Below, one piece after another: positions 26,901 to 39,092 of a DNA stretch of 64,000 nt. Under the pieces are notes generated by a model. The model was not told the origin of the DNA. It did no database searches and saw nothing but the letters and a program-made list of their open reading frames with translations. This DNA is from Zygnema circumcarinatum SAG 698-1b (Eukaryota; Plantae; Zygnematophyceae): the NCBI GenBank assembly GCA_037447605.1, contig CM074815.1, positions 1,426,001-1,490,000 on the forward strand. The letters run 5' to 3'. Numbering within the stretch: position 1 is the first letter of the stretch; each line of letters begins with the position of its first letter. The position numbers and the translations under genes were made by a program.

Positions 26901-29900
26901 AATGGGGCTGCCATCAAGGATAGGAGACTATTGTTTCTTAGAACCTTGGACATTCTTAACTTGGTGGGCAGGCCTTTGGGAGTGCAAGATCTCTTTGTGT
27001 TTGATGTACTCCCTTCTTCCATTTCTCTTTCCCCTGCCACTGTAGTGACTCCTCCTGGGTTTATGGATGTGGTGATGCATGGTCAATGGAATGTGTTTAT
27101 CCTCAATGTCATGGGTAATGATGTCTTGGTGAATTGTGCCATGAATGCCATGCATGTCATGCGGGACACATCTTATATATCGCTACTTGTTGCATGTCTT
27201 TGGTTCCTTATACGTAGCGAGTTCACTTACAACACCCGGCTTGGCGGTTGGTGGCACCGATTGAGAAGGGCACTGCGTTGAGTGCCGAGAAATGGAAGGA
27301 TCACCGGCCTGGCACGGTTGGCTCACCTTACACACATTGGTGTGGAGGGGCGGCTCGTCCTCACCCCGCCCCGCACATAGTCACGTCTATGTTCCCACCT
27401 TGCCCATCGTGCCATGACCTTCATCGGGTTCAGCCAATGGCCACCCAGCAGTTCTACTGCTAGATACTGGGGCAGATGCTAACTTTGTTAGTTCTACATT
27501 CACCCAGAGATTTGGGTTGACCACAGATCCCCATTGAGAAAGTGTTACTTTTCGAGGATGAGCCTTGAAAGGGCGGATCTCGGTAGCGTCACGCTCAAGA
27601 TCCAGAAGCAGATACACTCCGAGGTCAAGAGTGTCTTACAACACAAGCTGGCCCCGAAATGCTTGATGTTATTTTGGAGAGTGCTTGGTTAACCATGGTC
27701 AAGGCACGATGGACTTTACGTCCCGCATTGCATTCTTCACCCGGTGGTGACGGACACCGCACCTGGCGGGCACATCCCTTGTATCAAGCGACTTCCAGCA
27801 CTCCTTATCTATGCTTTCGCAATTTATGCAATTGGCCATGAGTTAAGGAGGATGCACCTTGTTCATGGTGCATGTCATGGCGGCCGCGAGATGTTCATGG
27901 CCGAAGATCGGGGAGTGGAAGATCACATCGCGGCGTGCTCTCCCTAACTTTCCCTCGATTCAACCTCTGTTGGTTTGAATTGAGGATGTCTTCCGGTGAC
28001 TTCAAGAGGGTTGCCCCCAGCCGAAGAGGGTGCGGGCACACAATCCCTCTTGAGCTTCGAGCACAAAAACGCCTTGGCTGACGATCTATCGATTAAGCAC
28101 GAAAGAAATGTCGAGGAGATCTTGGCGGTTAGCGCTTTTACGTGACAAAGTGGATGGGAACCGATCAAAGCCCCTTTGGGGCGCCCATCTTGTTTGTTGG
28201 GAAGAAAGATGGTTCGTTGAGGATGTGCATTGATTATCGCGCACTCAACAAGATCACTGTAAAGAACCGTTTGGCTTTACCACGTATTGATGATTTGTTG
28301 GATCGTCTTCACGGCGCCAGAGTGTTTACTTCACTCGATCTTGCTCAGGGGTACCATCAGATCCGCGTCACGGAAGCTGATGTGCCAAAAACTGCATTCC
28401 GGACGCCGATTGGTCATTTTCAATATAAGGTGTTGCCCTTTGGATTGACTAATGCTCCGGCGACTTTCTAGGCTGTCATGAACGAGATGTTCATCGGCAT
28501 GGACGAGTTTGTTTTGGTTTACCTGCGTGACCTCAGCCTTCTCTTGATGAGCCGAGAGGGAGGAACATCGCTGAAACAGCGTTAGAAAAGTGTTTGAGAC
28601 CACGAGGAAACACCAATTTTATGCCAAGGAGAGAGAGTAGCCGCTTCATGCGGTAGCGAGTTGCTTTATCTTGGGCATATTCTCAATGATCAGGGCCTTC
28701 GGCCAGACCCTGCCAAAGTTTCAGCGGTAGAAACTTGGGCACCACCGACTGACTTGCATCAGTTGAGGTCTTTCTTGGGATTTGCGAACTATTTTCGTAA
28801 GTGCATCCAAGGGTTTAGTAAGTTGGTTACTCCCTTGACTAATTTGACACGTTCCGGTGTCCCCTTTACATGGACCCCTGAATGCCAGGAAGCATTCGAG
28901 GGCGTGCGCCATGCACTTGTTACCGCGCCCACTCTCCGTTTAGCGGACCCGTCCAAGCCTTATGAAGTGGTTTGTGATGCTTCGGGATTCGCCTTGGGTG
29001 CCGTCTTGTTTCAAGATGGTCAACCTCTGGCGTATGAAAGTCGCAAAATGAATCCCGCTGAGCGCAACTATTCTGCAACAGAACAGGAACTGCTTGCAGT
29101 GGTCCACGCCCTGAGGACATGGCGGTGCTATTTAGAGGGGCCCGGCGATCCACGGCCAGTCGCGACCACCGCCCGTGACGTTCCTCCAGCCGCCGGACCT
29201 GTCTGGGCGTGGGGCACTGGCCAGTGCGAGTTCCGTCCGAGGTTTATTTGCCGGTGGTATCGGCTGGAAGAGGCGGATAGCAGCAGAACCAGCGGCCGGG
29301 CAGCCACAGGCATCTTCTGGATGGTCGCTGCGTCGACTCTACCAGTGTTGGTGGAACGAGAGGGCCGGTGAGGGCCGGCCAACCCAGTCTCCGTCTCCGG
29401 TATGCTTTGTGTAGATCCCTCCACCCGGTGGCCTTGATCAACCCTCTGCTTTCTCTGCGATCTCCGGGCAGAGATGATCGAGGGGCCCTCTTGGTGATCT
29501 TTGTTCTGGATGGCCCAGGTAATGGCTATAAGGACAAAAGTAAATTGTCTAGAGCCGGATTTTTGGTACCGGCCAGCGGTTAGAAGAAGGTCGTGCCCAA
29601 AGTAGGGGCGTCTGGCCGACTCGTGCAGGTGAGCTTCATGATCCTCAGGTACCCGAGGTCACATGGGGTTACCCAAAACCCGTGAGCCTTTCCGAGAGTT
29701 ACGGTGGCACGGACTCGGGGATGTGGCGTATGTCTTTAAGCTTGTCAACTTGTCATGAAACAAACCCCGCCTTGGCGGGGATCCTGGCGGTTAGCGACCC
29801 TCACACCTCCTTTTCGAAAATGGGGCCGGTGTGGGTATGGACTTGATCCGCAGTCTTCTGTGTGACACCTGGGGGAGCATGACTCCGTCCCTGCGTCTTT

Positions 29901-31799
29901 GTCGATAGAAACCGGCAAGATGGTGCACTTTGCACCAACTACTAAAACGGTTTGGGGCCAGGCAGAGATTACTGCGGTTGTATGGCGACAAAGTGTGGAG
30001 CGGCATGGTGCCGATCGAGAAATTGTGTCGACCCGTGATCCACGATTCACCGGCCATTTTTGGACGGAAGTGCTCAAAATCGTTGGGACCAAGCAGGCGT
30101 TGAGTACAGCTTTCCACCCGCAAACCGATGGCCAGACGGAACGGGTGAACATGATCTTGGAGGATTACCTCGGCATTATGTGGAACCTACCGGATGGGTG
30201 GGGACGGCTTGCTTCGGTAGGTATGCCATCAATAAAATGCTTTCCGAGTCCATTGGTACCACCTTTCTTGCTTCCCGAGAACTTTGGTCGGCATCCCACT
30301 AAATCCCGCAGCAAGGGATCCGGGTCCCACGATCCAGCGGGCATGGGCGTCCACAGGGAACCCCGATCCTTGGAAGGCGAGAGGGGGCTGATAAAGGACT
30401 CAACCTCACTTTGATCAAATCTTTGTCCAGAGCTAATATGCAGCTGACTGCGGGGGCGCGGCCGGACCACTGTAGCGGCCCGGTCGCGACAAAGGCCTAT
30501 CTTTGACGTCAGTACTTGCTCACATAGCGAGGCGGTGAGATATTCTTGAAATGCGACAACTTGAGACTCAAAGCTTATGGCCGGGTTTCTGCGTAAGATT
30601 GTAGCCCGTTTCGCCACAGGACGCAGGTGCGTGAAGCGAATCGATGATGTAAAAACGGGTTGGATTTACCATCCCGTGGGGGTGCGCATCCGGTCTTTTC
30701 GTGTGGGTTTGCTAAAGAGACTCTGCGAAGTAGCGATGGGAGGATCAACCACCTCCCCGCGGTGGAACTTGAAGGTGAACTTAGTATGAAGTTGGAAACC
30801 ATTTCCAGCCCGCAGTATTGTGAGAAAGGGTCGCTCTTCCCGTCACGAATACCTCGTGAAGTGGTTGGGCTATGGGGTTGAACATAGCACATGGGAAGCC
30901 GAGGGCAACTTAACCAATTGCCAGGAGCTCATCAACTTGTACTGGGAGGCGCAGGCCGCAGGAGAGCGGGCGAGGGCGGCACGGGGGGTTCCTGAGCCGT
31001 CCCCGCGCAACTCGGAAAGGGACTTGACCGGGATTATCGCTGAGCCCTCCCGGTTATCACGTAGAGTTCGACGCGTGCCGTTGAAACTACGAGCTGCCTT
31101 TACTACCCCACACACGTGAACGAGGGCGTTCACATTCTCACAGGGGGGGAGTAATGTAGCGAAACGCTACAGTCACCCACGGGAGGTGTACTTAGGGCGC
31201 ACTCCGTCCTAGTACTCTCACCCCGGGCGCGGGCCGAGTGGCCAAGGCGTCGGGGACCACCTAGGACCAGGAAGGGTCCTGGGATCGAACCTTGCGAAGG
31301 TTGCAAGGGTTCGATGCGGCGCGGTATACTGAGACATATATGTATCGCGTCGCCGATGTGGTCGAGGGATCACGGAATCCCGACCACATCTTTGTGCATG
31401 GAGCGTGGCGCCGTCTGCGTTTCGGGCACGTCGTGGACGGGCTGGCTGGACCCCGCGCGCGCGCGTGGGTGCGGCGTGCACTGGCGTGCACGCGGGCGGA
31501 TGGGGGTAGGCGTCGTGCATTGTGTCATGGCAGTCGAGAGGGACACGCGCAGTGCTACGTGGGCAGCCATCTTCCAATCCTGCAGTAGTTGGTGGGAGGT
31601 TTGGCGGGGAAGCGTAAAGGGGCATGGGTGACTGTCGTCACCCAACCAACGTACCGGCATTCGGTTGCACCCCTGCCGAGGGCTGCGCCACCCCCTGAAG
31701 TTCTTGCTCCCTCTCTCTCTCTCTTGCTCTCTCTCGCTGAACTCAGAGTGCTGGTGTGTGATTCCGCGCAGACTGAAGAGGCAGTTTTCAGTCGTTACA
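23950..31799 (+). mobile_element. Full-length Ty3/gypsy chromovirus D (family 2) carrying a TRIM insertion
   Basis: LTRs 23950-24632 and 31155-31799, degenerate PBS at 24633, PPT GGGGGGGAG before 31155; DTGA protease (~27460), RT 28142-28471, RNase H 28661-29150, integrase, chromodomain EYLVKWLGYG. TSD approximately GTGTG (imperfect). Confidence 0.93.
26045..26799 (+). mobile_element. Tandem TRIM (LTR-int-LTR-int-LTR) with tRNA-like LTRs
   Basis: LTRs 26045-26174, 26362-26486, 26665-26799 (TGTAA...TTACA); two homologous ~180-bp internal parts each starting with a degenerate PBS (TTATCGAGCC) and ending in PPT GGGGAGGAA; no ORF; interrupts D gag right after the zinc knuckle. Confidence 0.85.
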
Positions 31800-32239
<440 letters not shown>

Positions 32240-32240
<1 letters not shown>

Positions 32241-32700
32241 GTATTTTCGTGTGTGACATTTACAAACAAAAAAAAAAACAAAAAATCAAACTAATAAATA
32301 CAACATGAGGCCTCATGTTGTAATATTTAGATTGATTTTTTTTATTTTTTCCCTGTGACTGTGTTTGTGTGTGTGTGTATTTGCGTGTGTGACTTTTACA
32401 AACAAAAAAAAAAACACTCTCAATATTACAACATAAGGCCTAATGTTGTAATATTAAGATTTGTTGTTTTTTTGTTTTCCCTGTGACTGTGTTTGTGTGT
32501 GTGTGTATTTGCGTGTGTGACTTTTCCTAACAAAAAAAAAAAAAAAAAAAAAAAATCAAACTAATTAATACAACATGAGGCCTCATGTTGTTATATTTAG
32601 ATTTTTTTTTTTTTTTTTTTTTAAACCACACACAAACTGCGAAGACAGAATGAGGCCTCTTTTTGTTTTCTCAGTTTGTGTGTGGTTTTTTTTTGGTTTT
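32240..32700. repeat. Tandem array of AGGCCT-centred hairpins with A/T tracts and short GT runs
   Basis: Palindromes at 32299-32322 (24 bp perfect), 32422-32455, 32570-32591 (22 bp perfect), 32623-32688; a related unit at ~23880-23930. Confidence 0.9.
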
Positions 32701-32915
32701 TTTCCCATTTTAGGGCTACGTGGCAACACCTGATTGGATAACAGACATCCAAAAACACACTACCGCACCAACGTGGCAATTTCTGACTGGATAAGAAGTA
32801 TAACTAATTCCGTTCGTGCTAACCAATAGGAATGCACCACGTGGCCACTTTAAACACGCTGCGCAATTACCCTATTTACAACAATACGTCCCGTAAAACA
32901 TTCAAACCAGAAACT

Positions 32916-33280
32916 GTCGTACATAGAAAACGACACGTGGCAATGACAGAATGGGAACGCGATATACCCCATTTTATGCGCATTCGATCCAACGAAACGC
33001 ACAACCAATCAGGACGCGCGACGTGGCAACGTCAGACTCGCGGCAACTATACCCCATTTTCATTAAATTCATCATTCACAACCTAACCGAATCCGTACAC
33101 CACATAAAACATCAAAATCGAACGCCGTCGTACGTAGAAAACGACACGTGGCAATGACACAATAAGTACGCAATATACCCCATTTTCTGCGCATTCGATC
33201 CAACGAAACGCACAACCAATCAGGACGCGCGACGTGGCAACGTCAGACTCGCGGCAACTATACCCCATTTTCATTAAATT
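32916..33280. repeat. Two ~155-bp direct repeats (period ~211 bp) rich in ACGTGGC and CCAAT motifs
   Basis: 32916-33070 and 33127-33280 are near-identical. Confidence 0.9.
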
Positions 33281-33283
33281 AAT

Positions 33284-34060
33284 CCCGCCTAGCTGAAATT
33301 TTTTTTGGGTTGTGATATTTCCACCCCTTTTTTGGATCCAAACACCCCTTCCCGGCCGGGCAGATTTCAAAAAGGATTAAAAACGGAAAATGCTTTTTTC
33401 ACACCTTTTGGAATCGATACCCACCCTCCATCGGCTGATTTTATTTTTGCGAAACAAGGAAAATGATAACCCGTCACCCCATTTTGAATATCTCGCTTAC
33501 CTGAATTTCTTTTCACGCGTGCGGTCAATCGCAGCCGTCGATTCCATCGCAAATCGCAACACGGCAGATCACTATTTGATCTGCAGCCAGGCTCGGTCAC
33601 AGCGAATGGCACGTGCCCACGTATCCCGCCAAAGTCGCCTCAAAAGTTGTTTCGTACAAATGTCGTACGGTCGCTACTTTGAAGAACCCAAAATTTCGTA
33701 CATTGAGAGCTTGGACCAATCAAAATTTTCCACGTTAAAAATGTAACACGTGGCACCTGTTGATTGGCTGGGAGCTAACAATGACGAGATCTCGGGCCGA
33801 TCGACGCGCGCACTCGCAGGTGCGATTCGGCTTTGACGGGACTCGTGGGCGCTTTCCATTCGCTAAGATCGAGCCCGGCTGCAGATCGAACGGTGACCTG
33901 CAGTGATGCGATCTGCGAGGGAATCGACAGCTGCGATTGACACACACGTGTGAAGGACGGACACAGGCGAACAATCTCGTGGCGGACGGATCTTCCACTT
34001 CGAGCGGATTCGGGCTGGCAGATATTTCTTTCCCTCAAAAAAAAATTTCAGCTAGGCGGG
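33284..34060. mobile_element. MITE-like non-coding element with 23-bp TIRs
   Basis: CCCGCCTAGCTGAAATTTTTTTT ... AAAAAAAATTTCAGCTAGGCGGG, flanked by AT on both sides; internal imperfect inverted repeats 33521-33609 / 33856-33943. Confidence 0.6.
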
Positions 34061-35000
34061 ATACAGTATTCAAAATGCAGTGACGGGGTATCATTTTCCT
34101 TGGTTAGCAAAAATAAAATCAGCCGACGGAAGAAGGTGGGTATCGATTCCAAAAAGGTGTGAAAAAAGCATTTTCCGTTTTTAATCCCTTTTGAAATCTG
34201 CCCGGCCGGGAAGGGGTGTTTGGATCCAAAAAAGGGGTGGAAATATCACTACCCTTTTTTTTTGAGGGAAAGAAATATCTGCCAGCCCGAATCCGCTCGA
34301 AGTGGAAGATCCGTCCGCCACGAGATTGTTCGCCTGTGTCCGTCCTTCACACGTGTGTGTCAATCGCAGCTGTCGATTCCCTCGCAGATCGCATCACTGC
34401 AGGTCACCGTTCGATCTGCAGCCGGGCTCGATCTTAGCGAATGGAAAGCGCCCACGAGTCCCGTCAAAGCCGAATCGCACCTGCGAGTGCGCGCGTCGAT
34501 CGGCCCGAGATCTCGTCATTGTTAGCTCCCAGCCAATCAACAGGTGCCACGTGTTACATTTTTAACGTGGAAAATTTTGATTGGTCCAAGCTCTCAATGT
34601 ACGAAATTTTGGGTTCTTCAAAGTAGCGACCGTACGACATTTGTACGAAACAACTTTTGAGGCGACTTTGGCGGGATACGTGGGCACGTATCCATTCGCT
34701 GTGACCGAGCCTGGCTGCAGATCAAATAGTGATCTGCCGTGTTGCGATTTGCGATGGAATCGACGGCTGCGATTGACCGCACGCGTGAAAAGAAATTCAG
34801 GTAAGCGAGATATTCAAAATGGGGTGACGGGTTATCATTTTCCTTGTTTCGCAAAAATAAAATCAGCCGATGGAGGGTGGGTATCGATTCCAAAAGGTGT
34901 GAAAAAAGCATTTTCCGTTTTTAATCCTTTTTGAAATCTGCCCGGCCGGGAAGGGGTGTTTGGATCCAAAAAAGGGGTGGAAATATCACTACCCAAAAAT
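33301..35000. repeat. Large inverted repeat: ~745-bp arms, 209-bp spacer
   Basis: 33301-34045 is the near-exact reverse complement of 34255-35000; mirrored ORFs (33735-33998 / 34302-34565) are identical. Confidence 0.95.
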
Positions 35001-35458
35001 AATTTAACTTTCCAGACGTTTCTACTTTACCTTTATCGCGGGTCACTTTTCTGGGCGGCGACCTCGGACTTACCGTACCGTACCAGTACGGTATGGAAAA
35101 GTTTCGGTCGGAACTCGATTTCAGTAAAACACCGTTATCCAATCTCCAAAACCAATTCCGTATTACGTACTTTTTTATACTGTACGGTAAGTCTGAAGTC
35201 TGAAGTCTGAAGTCTGGAGTTTGTGGACTCTGAAGTTACCGTACTGGTATGCCTTTTTCTTAAAATCTTTCCTTGTTCAAAAATTTGAATTCGATCCCTA
35301 CGGATTTTTACGGATTCGCCTCTTTTCAGAGTCGAAATCCGTAGTGAGAAAATTCTGCAACCGGAAACTGAAAACATGACATCAACATACGTCATTCAGT
35401 TTACAAACCTCCCCTACTATGAAAGGGAGGCCAGTGGAGAGATCTGTGTGGTGAATGC

Positions 35459-38400
35459 CATGGCCGGCCCCGAGGCTGGCCGGGCGCCTCTCCCCTGCGG
35501 AGACCTTCCTCTTCTCCAACTATGGCGACGGGAGCTTTTACTCAGTGCTTCTTCCGCGTACCTCTCTCTCCTGGTGGGTGTAAAGCTTTGGGAATGCCTA
35601 ATCTTCATACAGTATTCGTTGGTGCTCCATACCTTGTGGGAATATGCAGAGGCGTAGAGCTGGTGGGCGGTGAAGGAGAGAGAATGAATGTTATTCTCTT
35701 GGTTTTGAACAAGGAGGCCGCCTTCTGTGCAGGGCGCTGCCGAGGTGGCGGAGGTTCCAGTTTCGAGGATGGCTCGCTCTGTTCGGAGGATGTTAGGCGC
35801 ACTGCGTGAGGTGAGAGGAGCATACGACGAAACCAGATGTCGTCGTGCGTGCTTTGGAATAGGGATGATGTTTTGTTTGCGGAGATTGTTCAATTTTATT
35901 TTCAGCGTTACTGGAATTGTCAGTTAGTATTGGAAGTATCTTGCATTTCAGAGTGCAATCACTTGAAACACGGGCAATTTTTTGAACGTCAGCATTGGTT
36001 GTTACTACGAACGTCATGAATTACGGCCTACTCGCATTCTCGGATAAGTTTGTTGAATTTATAAGTAGCTGAATAACTCACGTTGGCAATGCCATCAAAC
36101 GGACAAAGGCAACTTCAGTGCATCAGCTTGATATACAGATGCTGAAATAATCGTCCTATATTTGTGAAAAAAACTAAATATTTCCGTAGAAACAAATTCT
36201 TCTACCTTCAAGTGAAGGACTTCTGAAGAGAACATCTTCACTTTATAGTAACTCTAGTCCTTTTGAACCTTGGCCTCCGTAGTGTGGCTTGCGGGCAATG
36301 GGGCGGGTAATCCTGCTCGAAAAAGGTTCACACAATAAATGAAGGTTCACCAGCTTCCCAGTAATGGGGTCTTTTCATATTTTTGTTTAAGAAGCGCAAT
36401 TTTATTGCTCCTGCTACGTTTGATCACACAAAATTGGAGGCCATGTGACGCCATTTGGTTATTGAAACGTAATGAAATTGAGTCTTTGGAGATACTTCTG
36501 GTGGTCAAACGTCTCTTCATAACACCAAAACATCAGCAGCATGCTGATAGCCTTTAGTATGTTTAATGCCTTTTGGTAAGTTGCGCAGGGGAGCTTATCA
36601 TCCAATAGGCAAAGCGAAGAAAAGTGTATGTTTGAACGGCAGGAGAAATTGGAGGGAAGAGTGTGTATTGTAACGGGCGGAAATGCTGGTCTCGGCCTTG
36701 CAACAGCCATGGAACTCGCAGCAGCAGGAGCTCATGTGGTTATCGCCTGCAGGTGCGGACGTTTCCGTCTGAATTGAGTGCAACCAAACTGAATGAAGAA
36801 CAAACGATTAAGTTAGAGGCAATTGAGAGAGGACGTAGAGCCTGTATATCAGTACTTCAGGAATTTCACAGGGTGAAGTTCCTTGAACGTTGAGAACTCT
36901 GGAAGTATTAAAACAAACTCAGAATACGTGCAGGTCGCACAAGAAAGGACTGGCGGCAGTGGAGCACATTTTGAAGAATCCAAAAGTGAATTCAAACAGA
37001 GTTGAACTGATGGAGCTTGACCTGGCCTCTCTGCGGAGCGTTCGAAACTTCAGCATGCAAGTGGCCAACATGGGACTGCATCCGCAGCGTGAGTTCCATT
37101 GCCTATCTTCATATTGGATAAAGCTTATCCCAAACTTGGAATTCAAAACTATTTGAAGACTACGAAATGCTTTCACAAGAGACGGTCTTCGAGGCTTCGA
37201 GAAAATGAAACTTACAAATGTCATCAGCCTCCCGATATCTTCTATCTCTTTATTTTTCTGTGGAAACAGTGAGAGTATAAGGCATGGTGGGAGGGTATGG
37301 TAGGGTGTTTTAGTGCTTGTCAATAATGCGGGCATCATGGCACCACTCAAGCATACAATCACCCGTGATGGCTTTGAAAGTCAATGGCAGGTGAGCATCT
37401 GTGTTTGGTGAGCTGTTCCTTATCTCTGCTGGAGAGAATGATGGAGAGTCCCTTATTGTTACAATAAATTTTCAAAGTAGTGGGAATCTCTTTGATAATT
37501 CACATTTGCAATAACCAAGCAAGCAGGTCGCGAGTAATTATGTGGAAAAGTTGGTGGGCTCCCCTAGGTGAAACTTTTAGCACACTTTCTGCTCACTCAG
37601 CTTCTTGCAGACCTTCATGCGAGCCGGCTGACCAGCCGTAAAGAGGGTGGGTCTGCTATGCTTTGACCAGAATGGTGAAGTTGACGATCAGTCATTACTA
37701 CATGTGTGCTTTGCCCCAGGAGTGGAATCAGCAGGCGATGCTGCCTCACTTGTAACAGAACTAGCCGCTTCCAGGAACTTTTCACTTCCTGATCACCCCT
37801 TAGGGAGTTTTGACTTTGGCTTTGGTATGCATGTAGATGGACCGTTGCGGGTCGTGAATCTGACATCCATGACGCACCATGGTGGCCATCTTTTCTTTGA
37901 CGATTTAAATTTTCAGAGGAAGTACCGTCCTTTTGCAGCCTACGCTCAGGTGATTTGATTGTTTTCTTGTTGACATGCATTTCAATACGATTGTTTGTTG
38001 CTGATCTTGGCTGCTATAAAATACGAAGTCGTTGTTTACCTGTGAGTATACATAAGTCTTGATCTTGACGTTGGTACATGACTTTTCTGCCGTTTTTGAT
38101 GCAGTCTAAGTTTGCAATTGTTGTGGCAACTCGAGAGCTGCAGCGACGGAGAGGCAATGTTGTTGCGGTATGTTTTTAATCTACGCCTTTTGTTGTCTTT
38201 TGTTCCAGGAAGCCTTCCTTGTAACTTCTCCATGCGACTATTTGCTTTGAAGAATATTCTTACACTGGGGCTTGTCTGCAGGTTAGCGTTCACCCAGGAC
38301 TGGTAAATACGGAATTGGCCAGGTGCTCCCTCTCAAAGGAGGCCATTTAGGGTACAGGACCTTGATAGAACCAAACCAGAGTGCCCTGCAAAGTTCAGCG

Positions 38401-39092
38401 GGCCGAGATGAAGGGCGTGAAGGGAATTTCGGACTCAAACTTACTGATTCTTTTGACATTCTGGCCCGTCTCTTGCAGGAGCTTTTTTGACAGCTGCGTT
38501 CCTGCTATAATGCAACCGCTCCTTCGTCCTCTCTTTCCTGTGCTTCTCAAGACGCCGAGTGAGGTAAATACTTCTGAACATCCTTCTTGTGCGAGGTAGA
38601 TGCGGGAAGCGTAGAAGAATTCTACGAGTCAAGTGGCCTTCTGCAAAAATTGAATCGTATTGGCCAGTAAGAGGCAGGAGAGCTTGAAGAGCTTGCGGTA
38701 GCAACTTCACACGGTAGTGGAAGGCTTTGCATAGAGAAGTCATTGTTATTGCATGTCATTGCGGGGGATGTTGTGCAGGCATTGCAGACTGTGATGTGTG
38801 CCATCACCGCTCCCCCGGAAGCCGTGTCGGGAAGGTTAGCTAACTCTCTTCCCTTCAAAGCCGGCGAACCCCTAGTCTTACGATCTGTGGCGTCTCTGTT
38901 TACTGCCGTCGACATGCCTTTCCCTACCTTCTATGTGAAGCTTTCTCAATCAGTAGGAGATCCCCGTGCTTGTGCTTGAATATGCTCAGATACATGGCAG
39001 ACGGGAGAGTGCAAAGGTGCTCCCGGAGAGCTGAAGACGAGCGCTTGGGAGAACGCCTGTGGGAAGTTGCTCTTGCCTCTGTGAGAGCTTAA
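35459..39092 (+). CDS. Short-chain dehydrogenase/reductase (retinol dehydrogenase/TIC32-like), multi-exon
   Basis: GT-AG exons encode [12 protein letters not shown] (36643-36752), [31 protein letters not shown]|SKFA (YxxxK), [11 protein letters not shown] and RLWE, ending TAA 39090-39092. Start codon tentative. Confidence 0.9.

Noticed and set aside
4408-31799. Dating insertions from LTR divergence or calling B, C and D dead
   Set aside because: Indel-rich differences even between redundant copies of the same locus point to sequence error.
33367-34934. Paired identical ORFs on opposite strands as a gene pair
   Set aside because: A consequence of the inverted repeat; no recognisable domains or splice structure.
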